Below are positions 49,678 to 63,609 of a DNA stretch of 64,000 bases, piece by piece. Position numbers and translations under genes: made by a program. Below the pieces are notes generated by a model. That model saw nothing but the letters and a program-made list of their open reading frames with translations, was not told the origin of the DNA and did no database searches. Each line of letters begins with the position of its first letter. The stretch's first letter is position 1. The stretch is from Octopus sinensis (lineage: Eukaryota), in NCBI RefSeq assembly GCF_006345805.1, contig NC_042999.1, positions 89,404,001 to 89,468,000 of the forward strand, read 5' to 3'.

Positions 49678-51112
49678 GTGTATGCATTTATATGAATATG
49701 TGTATGTATGCGTGTGCACATATGTATGCATGCACTTTGTGTGCATGTTTTGCATTTTCGCTTTAGTATACAAACAGGAAGAAAAAGCACAGGGTACATG
49801 AATTGTTTTATGTATTTATTGGAAAACTCTCAAGAAATTCACTCCATCGTTAAAGCTTCAGATAATTACACATGGAAAGTGGATGAACGTTCAGACGACA
49901 TTTTAGAAGATTACGAATCGTGAAGTCAGGGTGTCATTGGCTGATCAAATGATCGGGATTTTTGCAATCTCTATGAGCGGCCAGATGATCAGATCTTTTC
50001 TGATCCGCCGATTCAGAGTTCTTAAACTACTCTATATTGAGGAAGAAAGCAACTTAAGATTGTCCACTTCAGGGTCAATAGCTCCTAGACTGAATGGGAT
50101 ATTTCTGGCTTATGCCTTCCAGGACTCTTAGAATTTAAAAAATTTTTAAGCGAGACGTCTTCAACAGTGTATCTAATCTTCAGTTAAGTGAAGTCATCTG
50201 TTGCTTCCAGACGGAACTTTCCTGTTAGCTAAAGTCTGCAGTCTTGTGACAGGTTAGCGTGTGATTTGGTCCGCTGAACGATGTTTCCATGTTATTAGGA
50301 CATCGTGATTGACTCTTCTTTTAGAGCTTCCAGATGAATTTTGATAGATACTTAGAATTCTCTTGAATTCTTCATTCTTAATCTGAATGGGTTGAGATTA
50401 ACAAAGTGACTCATGAAAACGTTCGAAGTCTAACCCCGATAAAATTTGTTCTAATGCTTACAAGAAGTGTTGTGGCTGCACGATATTCGATTTCTTTGAA
50501 AATATCTGTTCGTTTGAAGGGATATGCAGGAGATATTTGAAGTTATTCACTCGCTGATGAAGTAGTGACTGCGAAGGCGGTGTTTACAATTAATATTGTC
50601 CCTACATAACTAACTGACCTTAATGGGCGGAAGATTCTTTTTGTTATTGCAAGGATTGTGATCACCTTGTAAAGGAACAAATTGGATAACAGTAATCAGT
50701 TGATAACATAACGCAGATGATATACATATGTGCGTATTTGTGTGCATGTGTTTGTATGCATTTATATGAATGTGTATATTTATGTGCGTGTATATATGCG
50801 TGTGCACATATGTAATGTATGCATGCATTTTGTGTGCATATTTTGCATTTTCGTTTTTGTATACAAACAGGAAGGAAAAGCACACGGTACATGAATTGTA
50901 ATATGTATTTATTGGAAAACACTCAAGAAATTCACTCCATCGTTAAAGCTTCACATAATTACACATGGAAAGTGGATGAACGTTCAGACGACATTTTAGA
51001 AGATTACGAATCGTGAAGTCAGGGTGTCATTGGCTGATCAAATGATCGGGATTTTTGCAATCTCTAAGAGCGGCCAGATGATCAGATCTTTTCTCCGATC
51101 CGCTGATTCAGA
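49678..51112 (+). repeat. Two ~340-360 bp direct copies (49678-50017 and 50753-51112)
   Basis: Long shared blocks such as GAAATTCACTCCATCGTTAAAGCTTC..GAAGATTACGAATCGTGAAGTCAGGGTGTCATTGGCTGATCAAATG, with scattered substitutions. Confidence 0.9.
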
Positions 51113-51114
51113 TT

Positions 51115-51537
51115 TCTTGATTTCTCCTCACAGCTGCACGCACATCTGCGATGTTTTTCTCAGTTCTGCTGGTTGCAGATCTCCCAGAACACTTTTCAAT
51201 ATCGACGTTTTTTCGGCCATCTTTGAAGCATCTGAAACATTCGTATACTTGTGTGTAGCTCTTACACTCCTCTCCATACACTTCCTGCAACTTTGTGTAA
51301 GCCTCTGTGTAGGTATCACCATGACAACTTTCTCTGTCATGATCAATGCGACGATCACACGCTACTCACCTTCCTACCAAGCACTGCTGTAAGCAGTGGA
51401 AGTGAGCTAGAACATTAAAACTTAGTGTGCATGCACAACAAAGTTCAAGGTCAATTTTTTGCCAAGGGACTTCACTCTGCGTGCTTTAGCATCCTTACTA
51501 TAGCAACAGTCCGGATACTTATTGATCAGGCCTCGTA
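51115..51537 (-). mobile_element. Mariner element 5' portion (TIR plus HTH)
   Basis: Terminus TACGAGGCCTGATCAATAAGTATCCGGACTG on the minus strand. Peptide QEVYGEECKSYTQVYECFRCFKDGRKNVD..SGRSATSRTEKNIADVRAAVR. Confidence 0.85.
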
Positions 51538-52089
51538 TATACCGCTACTACTAAAACCACCGCCCTATATACAGCTTAACTACATTCGCCATGCTTGACC
51601 GCTAAATCCACAAGTTTCTTTTTATTTTTACTTTCTGTTTATTTTCTCTTATTCCTTTCTATAGAAGAGCGTAGGTTCGAAACGTAAAAGACTTTTTCAC
51701 TTCTCGAGCGTCAAACTAATACACCTGCTTGTTGTTTATACACCTGTCTTCGTCTTTTGTTTTCTGTAAATTTCAACTATATAATATATACATATATATG
51801 CACGCATACACACACGCACACATGCACACACGCGCACACGGACACACTCACACATACACACACATGTTGTTTTTCCTTGGTTCATGCGGCAAATTATTTC
51901 CTCATTTTCCCGTGCAAATCGAAATCGTATGGACCTCAAGGAATACCATTTTAATGATATAGTAACTAAAAGAAATATTCAAGGAAATGCAATTATTGGA
52001 TGCATGTATGTGTGTGTGTATATGTTATGTTACTATATGCATATAAAAATACATATACATACCAATGGGTACTTTTCATGGTTTTATAA

Positions 52090-52520
52090 GGCGGCGAGCT
52101 GGCAGAAACGTTAGCAAGCCGGGCGAAATGCTTAGCGGTATTTCGTCGATAAATTAAGTACCTTTCGGGGTCGATAAATTAAGTACCAGTTACGCACTGG
52201 GGTCGATATAATCGACTTAATTCGTTTGTCTGTCCTTGTTCGTCCCCTGAGTTCAAATTCCGCCGAGGTCGACTTTGCCTTTCATCCTTTCGGGTCGATG
52301 TAATCGATTTAACCCGTTAGTCTGTCCTTGTTTGTCCCCTCTGTGTTTAGCCCCTTGTGGTTAGTAAAGAAATAAGTATTTCGTCTGCCGCTACGTTCTG
52401 AGTTCAAATTCCGCCGAGGTTGACTTTGCTTTCATCCTTTCGGGGTCGATAAATTAAGTACCAGTTGCGTACTGGAGTTGATCTAATCGACTGACCCCCT
52501 CCCCCAAAATTTCGGACCAG
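52090..52520 (+). mobile_element. Rearranged multi-segment SINE family B
   Basis: Family B segments are present but repeated and out of order (see findings). Confidence 0.85.
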
Positions 52521-53385
52521 ATTCTTCCATTATTTCCATGAAGCACGGATTCTTTTTTATTCGTTTTCTTTAAATTTTCTAACATTTGAAGCAGTTAACT
52601 GTCTATATTAAATCACGTCGCAGTTCCTCTTGATCCCTTTCAACTTTGGAGATTATCTTATATATAAATTTCCATTCCTAGAAAAATCAACTTTATTGAA
52701 ATTTGAAATTCTTGCATTCAATCTAAAAAGTATTTAAGAAAGTATTAGATTCTGATTTTTTTTTTTCTTGAGTGTAATCTGCTTCAGTCTGACACAAGCG
52801 AACTGTAACTAAGATAAAAAGAGAAAATGAAAACGAAAGAGAAGAGTAAATTGATGTTTGTGCATACAAAGTGAAAGAAAAAAAAAAAGAAGCAAAGATA
52901 AAAAGTCATTAATTAGACCAAAACCGTGCGGAAGAGAAACCGTACAAACTGAAAAACGTGTAAATCGAGGGAGAACTCTGGAAAGGTGTGTGTGTGTGAA
53001 CGGGTGTGTGTGTGTCTTTGCGCGTACGTGCGTGTGTGTGTGTCTTTGCGCGTACGTGCGTGTGTGAATGTGTGTGAATATGTCTCTGAGTTTATGTGTC
53101 TGTGTGTATGTGTCTGTGAGTATGTGTCTGTGTGTATGTGTGTATGAGTGTGTGTGTGCGTGTGATACGAAGTTTTCCTCCCAACCACATGGTTCCAGTT
53201 TCAGTCTCACTGCTCAGCAAGTACCATATAATTTAGTCTCGGTGCGACCAAAACTTTATGAGCTTTGGTAAATGGAAACTTAAAGAAGCCCGTTGTATGT
53301 ATACATTTATATATATATATTGAAAAAAGCAAGTAAGTAGAAAAGAAAAATACATATGTACTTCTATAAATACCTACCTATCTAG

Positions 53386-53425
<40 letters not shown>

Positions 53426-53792
53426 TCATCTATATATCTATCTATTTATCAATCTATCCATTTATCAATCTTGACCGAGGTTACCGTGGTATTTTCCGTA
53501 GGCTTTTCTTTCCACGGGTAAACCTCACCTGTCTTCCCCTTTACACTTTATATTGACATTTCTGTGATAACGATCCCAACTGATCGATTTTTTCTTTTTC
53601 CTTTTATTTCACCCCCCCCCCCTTTTGCTTTCCTCTTTCTTTCCATTTACGATCCCTTTTGATCGAAAACCAACTCACGGTTTTTTTGTTTTTTTTATCC
53701 CCAAAAATAAATACCTTGTAATTTATCCCGTCTGTGTGCAGCCCTGTATGGCTAATAAACATATCTACCTATTATCTATCTTTCTATTTATC

Positions 53793-53867
<75 letters not shown>

Positions 53868-54390
53868 AAGAGAGAGGGGGGAAAGAGATTCGACAGGCTT
53901 CCACACTGTTCCTATCAACTAAATTCACTCACAAGGCATTAGTCGGCCCGAGACTCTTGTAGCAGACAGTTGTCCTGGTGACGTTCAGTAAGACTGAACC
54001 CGAGACCACTGGTTTGAAAAGCAAAATTCTTAACCATGCCGACGCCTTTATATCGACATTTCATACAGAGATGCGTGCATACACACGTGGTTCCCAACCA
54101 CATGGTTCCGGGTTCAGTCCCATTGCGTGGCACCTTGGGCAAGTGTCTTCTACTATAGCCCCGGGCCGACCAAAGCCTTGGGAGTGGATTTGGTAGAGGG
54201 AAACTGATAGAAACTCGTCGTATGCGTGTGTGTGCGTGCGTGCGTGTGTGTGTGTGTGTATACGTGTGTGTGTGTGTATACGTGTGTGTGTGTGTATACG
54301 TGTGTGTGTGTGTATACGTGTGTGTGTGTGTATACGTGTGTGTGTGTGTATACGTGTGTGTGTGTGTATACGTGTGTGTGTGTGTGTGTG

Positions 54391-54720
54391 CTTGCTTGTA
54401 TATGTCCTCGTAATCTAGCAGTCCGGTAAAATAAACCGATAGAATAAGTACCATGCTTACAAAGAATAAGTCCTGGGGTCAATTTCTTCGATTAAAACCC
54501 TTTAAGGCGCTGCTCCAGCATGGCCACAGTTAACTGACTGAAGCATGCAAAAGAATAAAACAATAGATAGGTACATACATATTTATACGCATCTATGCAT
54601 TCATATATGTGCGAGTGTATGTATGACTGTATGTGTATGTGTGTGTATGTGTGTGCTTCTTTGTGTGTGTGTGAGTTTGTGTGTGTGTTGTAAATATACG
54701 TACGTATCTTTACATTCCGC

Positions 54721-54753
<33 letters not shown>

Positions 54754-55438
54754 TAGCATGTGTAAATAAGTGCATGCGCAGAAACTTATCGTCCAATTGC
54801 TGAGTCTCGTACCGCCTCTACCTTCACTTCTCTACAAACAACATAAGAGGGAGTATATGTGGGTGCGCGTGCGTATGTGAGTGCTTGTGTGTGTGTGTGT
54901 ATGTGTGTGTTTATGTATGTATGTGTTAACGTGTGCAAGCGTGTGTCCTTGTGCATACGTCTGTGTATGCGTGTGTGTGTTGTGTGTGTGTGTATACGTG
55001 TGTGTGTGTGTATACGTGTGTGTGTGTGTATACGTGTGTGTGTGTGTATACGTGTGTGTGTGTGTATACGTGTGTGTGTGTGTATACGTGTGTGTGTGTG
55101 TGTGTGCTTGCTTGTATATGTCCTCGTAATCTAGCAGTCCGGTAAAATAAACCGATAGAATAAGTACCATGCTTACAAAGAATAAGTCCTGGGGTCAATT
55201 TCTTCGATTAAAACCCTTTAAGGCGCTGCTCCAGCATGGCCACAGTTAACTGACTGAAGCATGCAAAAGAATAAAACAATAGATAGGTACATACATATTT
55301 ATACGCATCTATGCATTCATATATGTGCGAGTGTATGTATGACTGTATGTGTATGTGTGTGTGTATGTGTGTGCTTCTTTGTGTGTGTGTGAGTTTGTGT
55401 GTGTGTTGTAAATATACGTACGTATCTTTACATTCCGC

Positions 55439-55471
<33 letters not shown>

Positions 55472-56041
55472 TAGCATGTGTAAATAAGTGCATGCGCAGA
55501 AACTTATCGTCCAATTGCTGAGTCTCGTACCGCCCTCTACCTTCACTTCTCTACAAACAAACATAAGAGGGAGTATATGTGGGTGCGCGTGCGTATGTGA
55601 GTGCTTGTGTGTGTGTGTATGTGTGTGTTTATGTATGTATGTGTTAACGTGTGCAAGCGTGTGTCCTTGTGCATACGTCTGTGTATGCGTGTGTGTGTGT
55701 GTGTGTGTGTGCTTGCTTGTATATGTCCTCGTAATCTAGCAGTCCGGTAAAATAAACCGATAGAATAAGTACCATGCTTACAAAGAATAAGTCCTGGGGT
55801 CAATTTCTTCGATTAAAACCCTTTAAGGCGCTGCTCCAGCATGGCCACAGTTAACTGACTGAAGCATGCAAAAGAATAAAACAATAGATAGGTACATACA
55901 TATTTATACGCATCTATGCATTCATATATGTGCGAGTGTATGTATGACTGTATGTGTATGTGTGTGTATGTGTGTGCTTCTTTGTGTGTGTGTGAGTTTG
56001 TGTGTGTGTTGTAAATATACGTACGTATCTTTACATTCCGC

Positions 56042-56074
<33 letters not shown>

Positions 56075-56288
56075 TAGCATGTGTAAATAAGTGCATGCGC
56101 AGAAACTTATCGTCCAATTGCTGAGTCTCGTACCGCCCTCTACCTTCACTTCTCTACAAACAAACATAAGAGGGAGTATATGTGGGTGCGCGTGCGTATG
56201 TGAGTGCTTGTGTGTGTGTGTATGTGTGTGTTTATGTATGTATGTGTTAACGTGTGCAAGCGTGTGTCCTTGTGCATACGTCTGTGTA

Positions 56289-56323
<35 letters not shown>
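54391..56323 (+). repeat. Tandem triplication of a ~605-716 bp unit starting inside a SINE A
   Basis: The marker CTTGCTTGTATATGTCCTCGTAATCTAGCAGTCCGG occurs at 54391, 55107 and 55712. The copies are nearly identical. The host SINE A starts at ~54087. Confidence 0.95.
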
Positions 56324-56325
<2 letters not shown>

Positions 56326-57527
56326 TAGAAACCAGAAAGAGCGAGCGATAAAATCAAGCATATATATGTATATATATATATATATATATATAATAGTATC
56401 TTAACCCCTCCCTTGCTATGTAGTTCCTTCTTTCTTATCCTCCCCTTCCTCCTCCTCCTCCTCCTCCTCCTCTTTCTCTCTCTTGATGTTTCAGTCAAAT
56501 AAAAATATATATACCAAACTGCAACCTGTTGTTATTGTTGTTGTTATTAATGCTGCTGCTGCTGTTGTCGCCACTGTGGCGGTGATTGTTGTTGAGGCGG
56601 CGAAGATGGTGGCGGCGGCGGCGGTGGTGGTGGCGGCGGTGGTGGTGGCGGGGTTGTGGTTGTGGGGGCGGTTGTGTTCGTTGTGAATGTTATTCTTGTA
56701 ACTGTTTATAGTTTCAAAAAGGAAGAGGGAGGGAGTCGAAAACGGAACCCCCTGAAAATATTGTTGTAGTAAGCATTGTCCAGTGAAAGCAGCCAACAGA
56801 AAAAAAAAGGAGGAGTGGAGACAGAAAAGAAAAGAAAAAAAAAAAGTTGTGTTTTTCCTTTCTTTTTTTGTTTGTTTTCCCCCCCCCTTTACTTTTCCCT
56901 TTTTTTTTTTTTTTTTTAGTCTCTGGGATTATTACCTCTGCATACCTCTCAATAATAATAATAATAATAATAATAACAATAATAATAATAATAACAATAA
57001 TAATAATAATAATATATAAAAGTATAAATAAAAAGCAGCAAGCTACTTAGTACAGCGACTGGTGCTTACACATTGGTGACTCTCAGTAGAGCAATATGCT
57101 CACAGCTACAACACGCCAACACTTCTTTCACCCCTACACAAACAAAGCTTTATAATAATCAGTAATAGAGAGTTCTCCAGCACAGCTGTTTCAAACTACA
57201 AGACTTTTACAACTCGTAGTATTTTTCTCCAACTGCATTTTGCCGGTGGCGTTATTATTTATGTTGTTGTTGTTGTTGTTGTTGGCTATTTCCAACTTGG
57301 CGCTGTTGATAGTTTCGTAAAATTTTTTTTTTAATTATTATCATTATTATTATTATTATTATTATTATTACCTGTGTTCTGTGTATGTAGATAGATCACT
57401 TGGCAACCACACGGACAATTTTATCTTCGTCACTGGATGTCTTTTATTATCACGTGCTGTTGTCATCTCTAAAATATTGCCGGGTCCAGACCGGATTATC
57501 AAAAAAAAAAAATGTAAGTTATTTTAT

Positions 57528-57599
<72 letters not shown>

Positions 57600-60232
57600 G
57601 ATTGCGCTTGATTATTTTTTAATATATGAATTTTGTAAAAAAATCCCGCCTCTTTATAACTATATGTACATATACATATGAGAAAGTTTGTATGACTACA
57701 GAATGAAGGTTTCGATACACGCATGTATGTAGAAATGAATGGATGTATAGTTACGCAAAATATTATTTAATATATGCTATGCACAATCATTTTCTTAAGT
57801 ACCTTCCCGTCAATGTATTACACGCCATGCAAACGTGCGATTTTAATGATAATGTTTTATATTTCAGTTGGTTTTATTTACACCTTTTTTCTTTTCTTTT
57901 CTTCTCTTTTTTACAATTTGCTGTTTATTTGTATTATAAATTCTTGTTTGTATTTTTGTTAACCTTTCGCGTTTATCTTCTCCAGTCCACCCCCACCACC
58001 CCCACACACAGAACAGACACATTTGACATGTATTTACAAATTTTAGTAATGATCAAAACAATATTAACACTTATATATTTGATGACCATTTCCAAATGTA
58101 ACAGAATACAACTCCATAGCTTAAGGCAAGGTTTAGGAAAAGAAAAAAAAAATAGCAGACGATGTATCTTAATTGATCTGGTCATGTTTATTTTGTTCGC
58201 TTTCTATTAAATTGTTTACGCTCGATTTTTCCGCATTATGAAACGTTATAGTGTTTTCTATTAATCGTAACGAAAACTTTGTATTTTATTATAAACAAAA
58301 CTTTCTTAGCTTATAAACATTGTATAGAATCTTAGAAGGTTAAGGTTATCAGCAGGTAACGAAAATATATAGAAACTGCCACAGCATGAGAACAATGTAG
58401 ATTGATGCTAGTTTTATAGCAAGTTGGATGCAGGGGACGGATGAGAGGGTAACGCTACTACGATAAACTAAATGAAAGAAATATTTAGCTTCATCTCTCT
58501 ACATTCTTAACTGAAATTCCGCCACGGCTAACCTAACCAAGCATCCATCCCTTTGACGTTGATAAGCAAGCACCAGGCATAACGTTGATTGCTTCATTCG
58601 GTCGGTGAGGTACATATTATGGCTTTCGTTTTGAATTTCAAAACTTTCGATATTTTGATAACTTTAAAAAGTTGTTAAATGGGAAAAAAGGGTATTGTGA
58701 GTTCAAATCCCGTCTGAGTCCTCAAAATAAATAATATCGTTTATCGATTGAAATTGATTAAATCATCTGTGAACTATCACCACCACCATCCCCGGCAAAT
58801 GTTTGGGTGTTTAGCTAATGTCAGCTCCGGAAAGTTTTAAGCTTGTTATGAGAGATTGTAAACGTAGTATTTCTAAAATAGTATATACATATTGTTATCT
58901 AATACGGAGATGGGATAGGGTTAGGTCGCGAAAAAATATTTATGGCTCATTGGAAGTGATAAAGTTTCTTTTCACGTGTTTTCCTTTTTCTAATAGGAGT
59001 TTGTTTTACATTATTTCATTTTTTTTTTTTTGTTAAAAATAAAATCTTATATACCTACTTACTGTTCCGTTTTATTATATAAAACTAGTAGTCCCACGAG
59101 TTCTTTTATGCTGAAAAGACTGTGGGGATCACTGAAAGTGGTTTATATGTCGCCGCTTTTACTTTTTAGTTTTTGTTAATCAGCAGGTAGAGGTGGTCTC
59201 AGTTAAAAACATAAGTTTACCTATGTAGAAACTTTTATCTACAAGTGAAAACTAGCATTTCAACCGGTTATATGATCCAAATTTATTACTCGTGTATTTG
59301 GTAGTTGACAGATGTAGTGTATGATAGTTAAATCTATTAACAGATATAGTGTATAATAGTTAAATGTATTCGATACGCACCGATTTAGCACTGAATTTAT
59401 ATTATCTACATTAAATTGTTGCGAAGTTGACATTTTAAAATAACACAGAATAAATAAACACACTGTTTTTGATGAAGACACTTCACTAATATCAGTAATA
59501 AATTGGAAATGAAATTTTCAAAGTACATAATTTCAAGTCCCCACTTTCTTTTTATCAGAGATATAAAGGTCAAGATTGTGGCAGAGGTGAATACTGGCGT
59601 GCAGTTTATCTTAATTTAACTATGGTGATAACCATTGATTCGTGCATAGAGGAGAGAGTAGATTAGTTTCTCTGATTACAAACTGTCTCCAGTTACAGCT
59701 AAGAAATCTGATCAGCGCTATTTGACAAACTTTAAGAAATAGCATGGTACTATGTTTTAAGAAATGCAGTCGAACTTATAGAAGTTTTGAAGTATTTTGT
59801 CTGTTTTTTTTTCTTTTCTTTTCTTTGGAATTAATGAATAAAAGGAAACCTGTAGATTTGATAATATTGACTGATGTTGGTTGAAACACTTCAGGTTTCC
59901 AAACTTCAAGGTCGACTTCCTGCTAATGTAGGCAGTTAAATGTTTTGAGCCTATCTTTTATCTTTTACTTGTTTCAGTCATTAGACTACGACTATGCTAG
60001 GGTACCACATTGAATAATTTTTAGTCGAATGAATCGACCCCGATGCTTTTATTTAAGCCTGGTACTTATTGTCGAACTGCTACGTGAACTGGAGCAACGT
60101 GAAATAAAGTGTCTTGCTCAATGACGCAACGCGTCACCGATAATTGAACCCACGACCTTGCGATTGTGTGAGCCAAATACCCAAACCACTAAGCCACGTG
60201 CCTTCACAGCAGGGAACAAACACACACACATG

Positions 60233-60312
<80 letters not shown>

Positions 60313-62759
60313 CATACATACATACGACGGGCTTCTTTCAGTTTCCATCAACCAAATCCACTCACATGGCTTTGGTCGGTTTAAAGATATAGTAGAAGAC
60401 ACTTGTACCAGATGCAGCACAGTAGGGCTGAACCCGGAACTATGGAGGTTGGGAAACAAGCTTTTTACCACTAGATATTAAACGTAGTATATTTTAAATA
60501 TAGTATCTATACTATTAGGTGTTAGGTTTTGGATAAAATAGTTATGGTTCATTGCTTGCAACTTTATTTGAAGAGATAAACGTTCCTTTTCTTTCTTTTA
60601 CTTTCTTTCCAAAGAAAAGTTCGTCTTACATTATTTTATAGTTTGTTGTTATCAGTATTAAAGTGTAAACAACATCTTAATTATACCAACTTAGCGTCCT
60701 AATTACTATTATATCATCTTTAATATAAGTAAACTATCGGTCCGACGAGTCTGTTTCTAGTGAAGAAATGCTAAAACTGCTTCACTCACTGAAAGTGGTT
60801 GTGAGTCGCTACTTTTACAGTAGTTCTTGTTAATCAGCAGGTGATCATGTTCATTCGACAAGTTCTTTTTATTTACAATTAATTAAACTGCGCTACGGTT
60901 GGATTGCCTTTAGGTGAAGCTTAAAGGCCATGGAAGGATTTGTACTTATCATTTACAAACTCGTTAATTATTAAGCAGTAGTCACGCTTATCAAATTTTT
61001 ATAAATTCAGAAAAATGTTCTGCAGTAAACAGGTTGTTATTTAGTTGCTGTTTAGCCCAAGTCAGATTAACCGAGCACTTTTAATGCATCAGTCATTTTG
61101 GTATTGGATTCTAGATCTATAGATCGAAAGTTCGCATCTCATCAGGAATTGATGTGCAGGTACCACGAGGAAAACGAAATACCGCTGTTGTTTCTCAATC
61201 TAACTGGCACTCAACGGAACAACTTGCTCATGAAATTAACGTGTAAGTGGCTGAGCACTCCACAAACACGCGCATCCCTAATGGAATTCTCAGGCAGATT
61301 CTGTGTGACACAAGATGCGACAAGGTTGGCCCTCTGAACTACAAGTACGACTCATTTTTGCCAGCTGAGTGGACTCGAGCAATGTGAAATAAAGTGTCTT
61401 GCTCAAGGACGCAAATCGTCGCCGTTTCTCACTCTATTTTTAAAGTAAAGATAGGAAGGTCAATTGACAAATTTCTGACTACCATGAAATCGTTTATTAA
61501 CATTTTTGTGGGGGGGTTTTTAAGACCAACAGTTGGCAACAGCAGGGCTGCGGCCTACACATGCCCTACTGTGGTATATTTTGAGGGCTATTGGCCTTTT
61601 CTGAAATTTTGTTTCAAATTTAATCTATCTGTTGAGTCAATAAGCAGGATGTGACTTTTAGATATTCTGTTGTGTCAGATTTTGTTTACATTTTACTTAT
61701 GTAAACATTACCATTGATAGAAAAGAATGGATACGCGGAGATATTCTAACACGTAAAATATGATATAATACACGTGGGCTTTTGGCAATTATATAAAAAA
61801 AATCAAGTCGATCATTACAAAAAGGAGTGGTTGAATCCTGCTTTTGGCCGAAAGAATTGGATGTATTGAATGAGAAGGATGGACAGCTGAAGTATATTTG
61901 GTTAATAAAAAATAGGAAGATTGATATAACGTTTAGGAATATAAGAACAAGAAAATGGCTTCTACTTGGGTTCTTTGGTGTGAGACATTTCTTTCTATAA
62001 TACGGACAAGGCCTGAAATTTGCGGGAAGCGAATTAGTTGTACATCGGTCTCTGTGCTCAACTGGTACTTTTCTATCGACCTAGAAAGAATGAAAGGCAA
62101 AGTCGACCTCGGCGTAAATTGAATTCAGAATGTAATGAGTCGAAAGAAATGCCGCTAAGCACTTTGTCCGACATACTAACGATTCTGCTAGCTCGCCACC
62201 TTTGTTTGGTGCGTAATGATAAAGGCATGACCGAGATAGTTTTGTTTATCTCCAGGTTAGCTTTTGGTGGAGTAGACCTATGTTCAAATGAGTTACATCT
62301 GTGATCACCTAGTCTTTTTAGGAGTACGTTGTAGTACATTATTTTATGTATCCTTTCTTTTATTTTAAGATGGTAGTATGATATTTGTGGGAGTATAGAT
62401 TCGGCTACTATTTGATTAACTCATGCAAACAAGTACAGGCTCTCTCCGAAGTAGAAGTGTTAGGTGCTACAAAGCGCGGTGTTCATTTAGGTTTAAGAGT
62501 AACCATTTACTTCAAAGGAGCAGAACTTGCGTGAAGTAGCTGGATGAAGAAATAGGAAAGCACAACGATGTTAGAGAGTTTGGTAGTTTAGGGTATTGAC
62601 TCTGGAGTGGTTTAACAAATTCACTGGGTATCAATGATTAAATGGCTCAGCAAGAGCTATAATAGAAAATACTTGCCCAAGGTGCTGCACAATGGGCCTG
62701 AACCCGAAGTCACGTTCTTGCAAAGTGAGCTTCCTAACTATACAGCAATGACGGCACCG

Positions 62760-62816
<57 letters not shown>

Positions 62817-62823
<7 letters not shown>

Positions 62824-63603
62824 GTAGGCTGAAAAGTTTATTGGCTGACCACGAAGGAGAGATGCAGAAAAAAATAGTTTAGCCCCCAACGACATTCATG
62901 CTAACATGGTTGATGCATTAAGGGATGACGTTCTAGCTTTATCAACAGTGCAAAAGTGGGCAGCTGAATTTAGGAAGGGAAGGGGGAGTTTTAAAGATGA
63001 CCCAAACTCTGAACAACCTTTCACCTGCTACCTCCGAAGAAAACCTTGATCGTGTTCACTACATAGTGATGAATGACAGGCGATTGACTATAAATCAAGT
63101 ATCCAATGCTATGAGCATATCCCATGACTATAAATCAAATAGCCAATGCTAATAGAATATCCCGTGAGAGAGAGAGTTGAGAATATTCTGCACAAATAAC
63201 TTAGCATGACGAAGGTTTCTGCTCGGTGGGTGCCACGTCTTCCAGCACCCGATCAAAAGCGCACCAGGCTGATCACATCACGGGAAAATTTTACACTGTT
63301 TGAGACAGATCTAGCTTGCTTCCTTGAACGTTTCCTAACCCAGAACGAGTGTTAGGATAATCCCTTTGAGTCAGAGACAAAGAAACAATCTATGCAGTCG
63401 AAACACCCCTCCTCACCTGCTCCAAAGAAGGCCAAAGTTGTTTCAAAACATGAAAGCTTTTTTCACCAATGGGATCCAAGCACTTCACCAGTGGAAGAAG
63501 TGCGTGGACCGCAAGGAGAACTATGTTGAAAAATAAACCTCATTTGGTTACACTACATGAGAGTATCTTGGTCAGCCTATGAACTTTTCAACCGACCTTC
63601 GTA
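62817..63603 (+). mobile_element. Internally deleted mariner transposon with both TIRs
   Basis: ~35-bp TIRs: TACGAGAGTAGGCTGAAAAGTTTATTGGCTGACCA and the reverse complement of TGGTCAGCCTATGAACTTTTCAACCGACCTTCGTA. Peptides STVQKWAAEFRKG, KVSARWVPRL and QWKKCVDRKENYVEK are present; most of the catalytic domain is missing. Confidence 0.9.
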
Positions 63604-63609
63604 CGTTAC

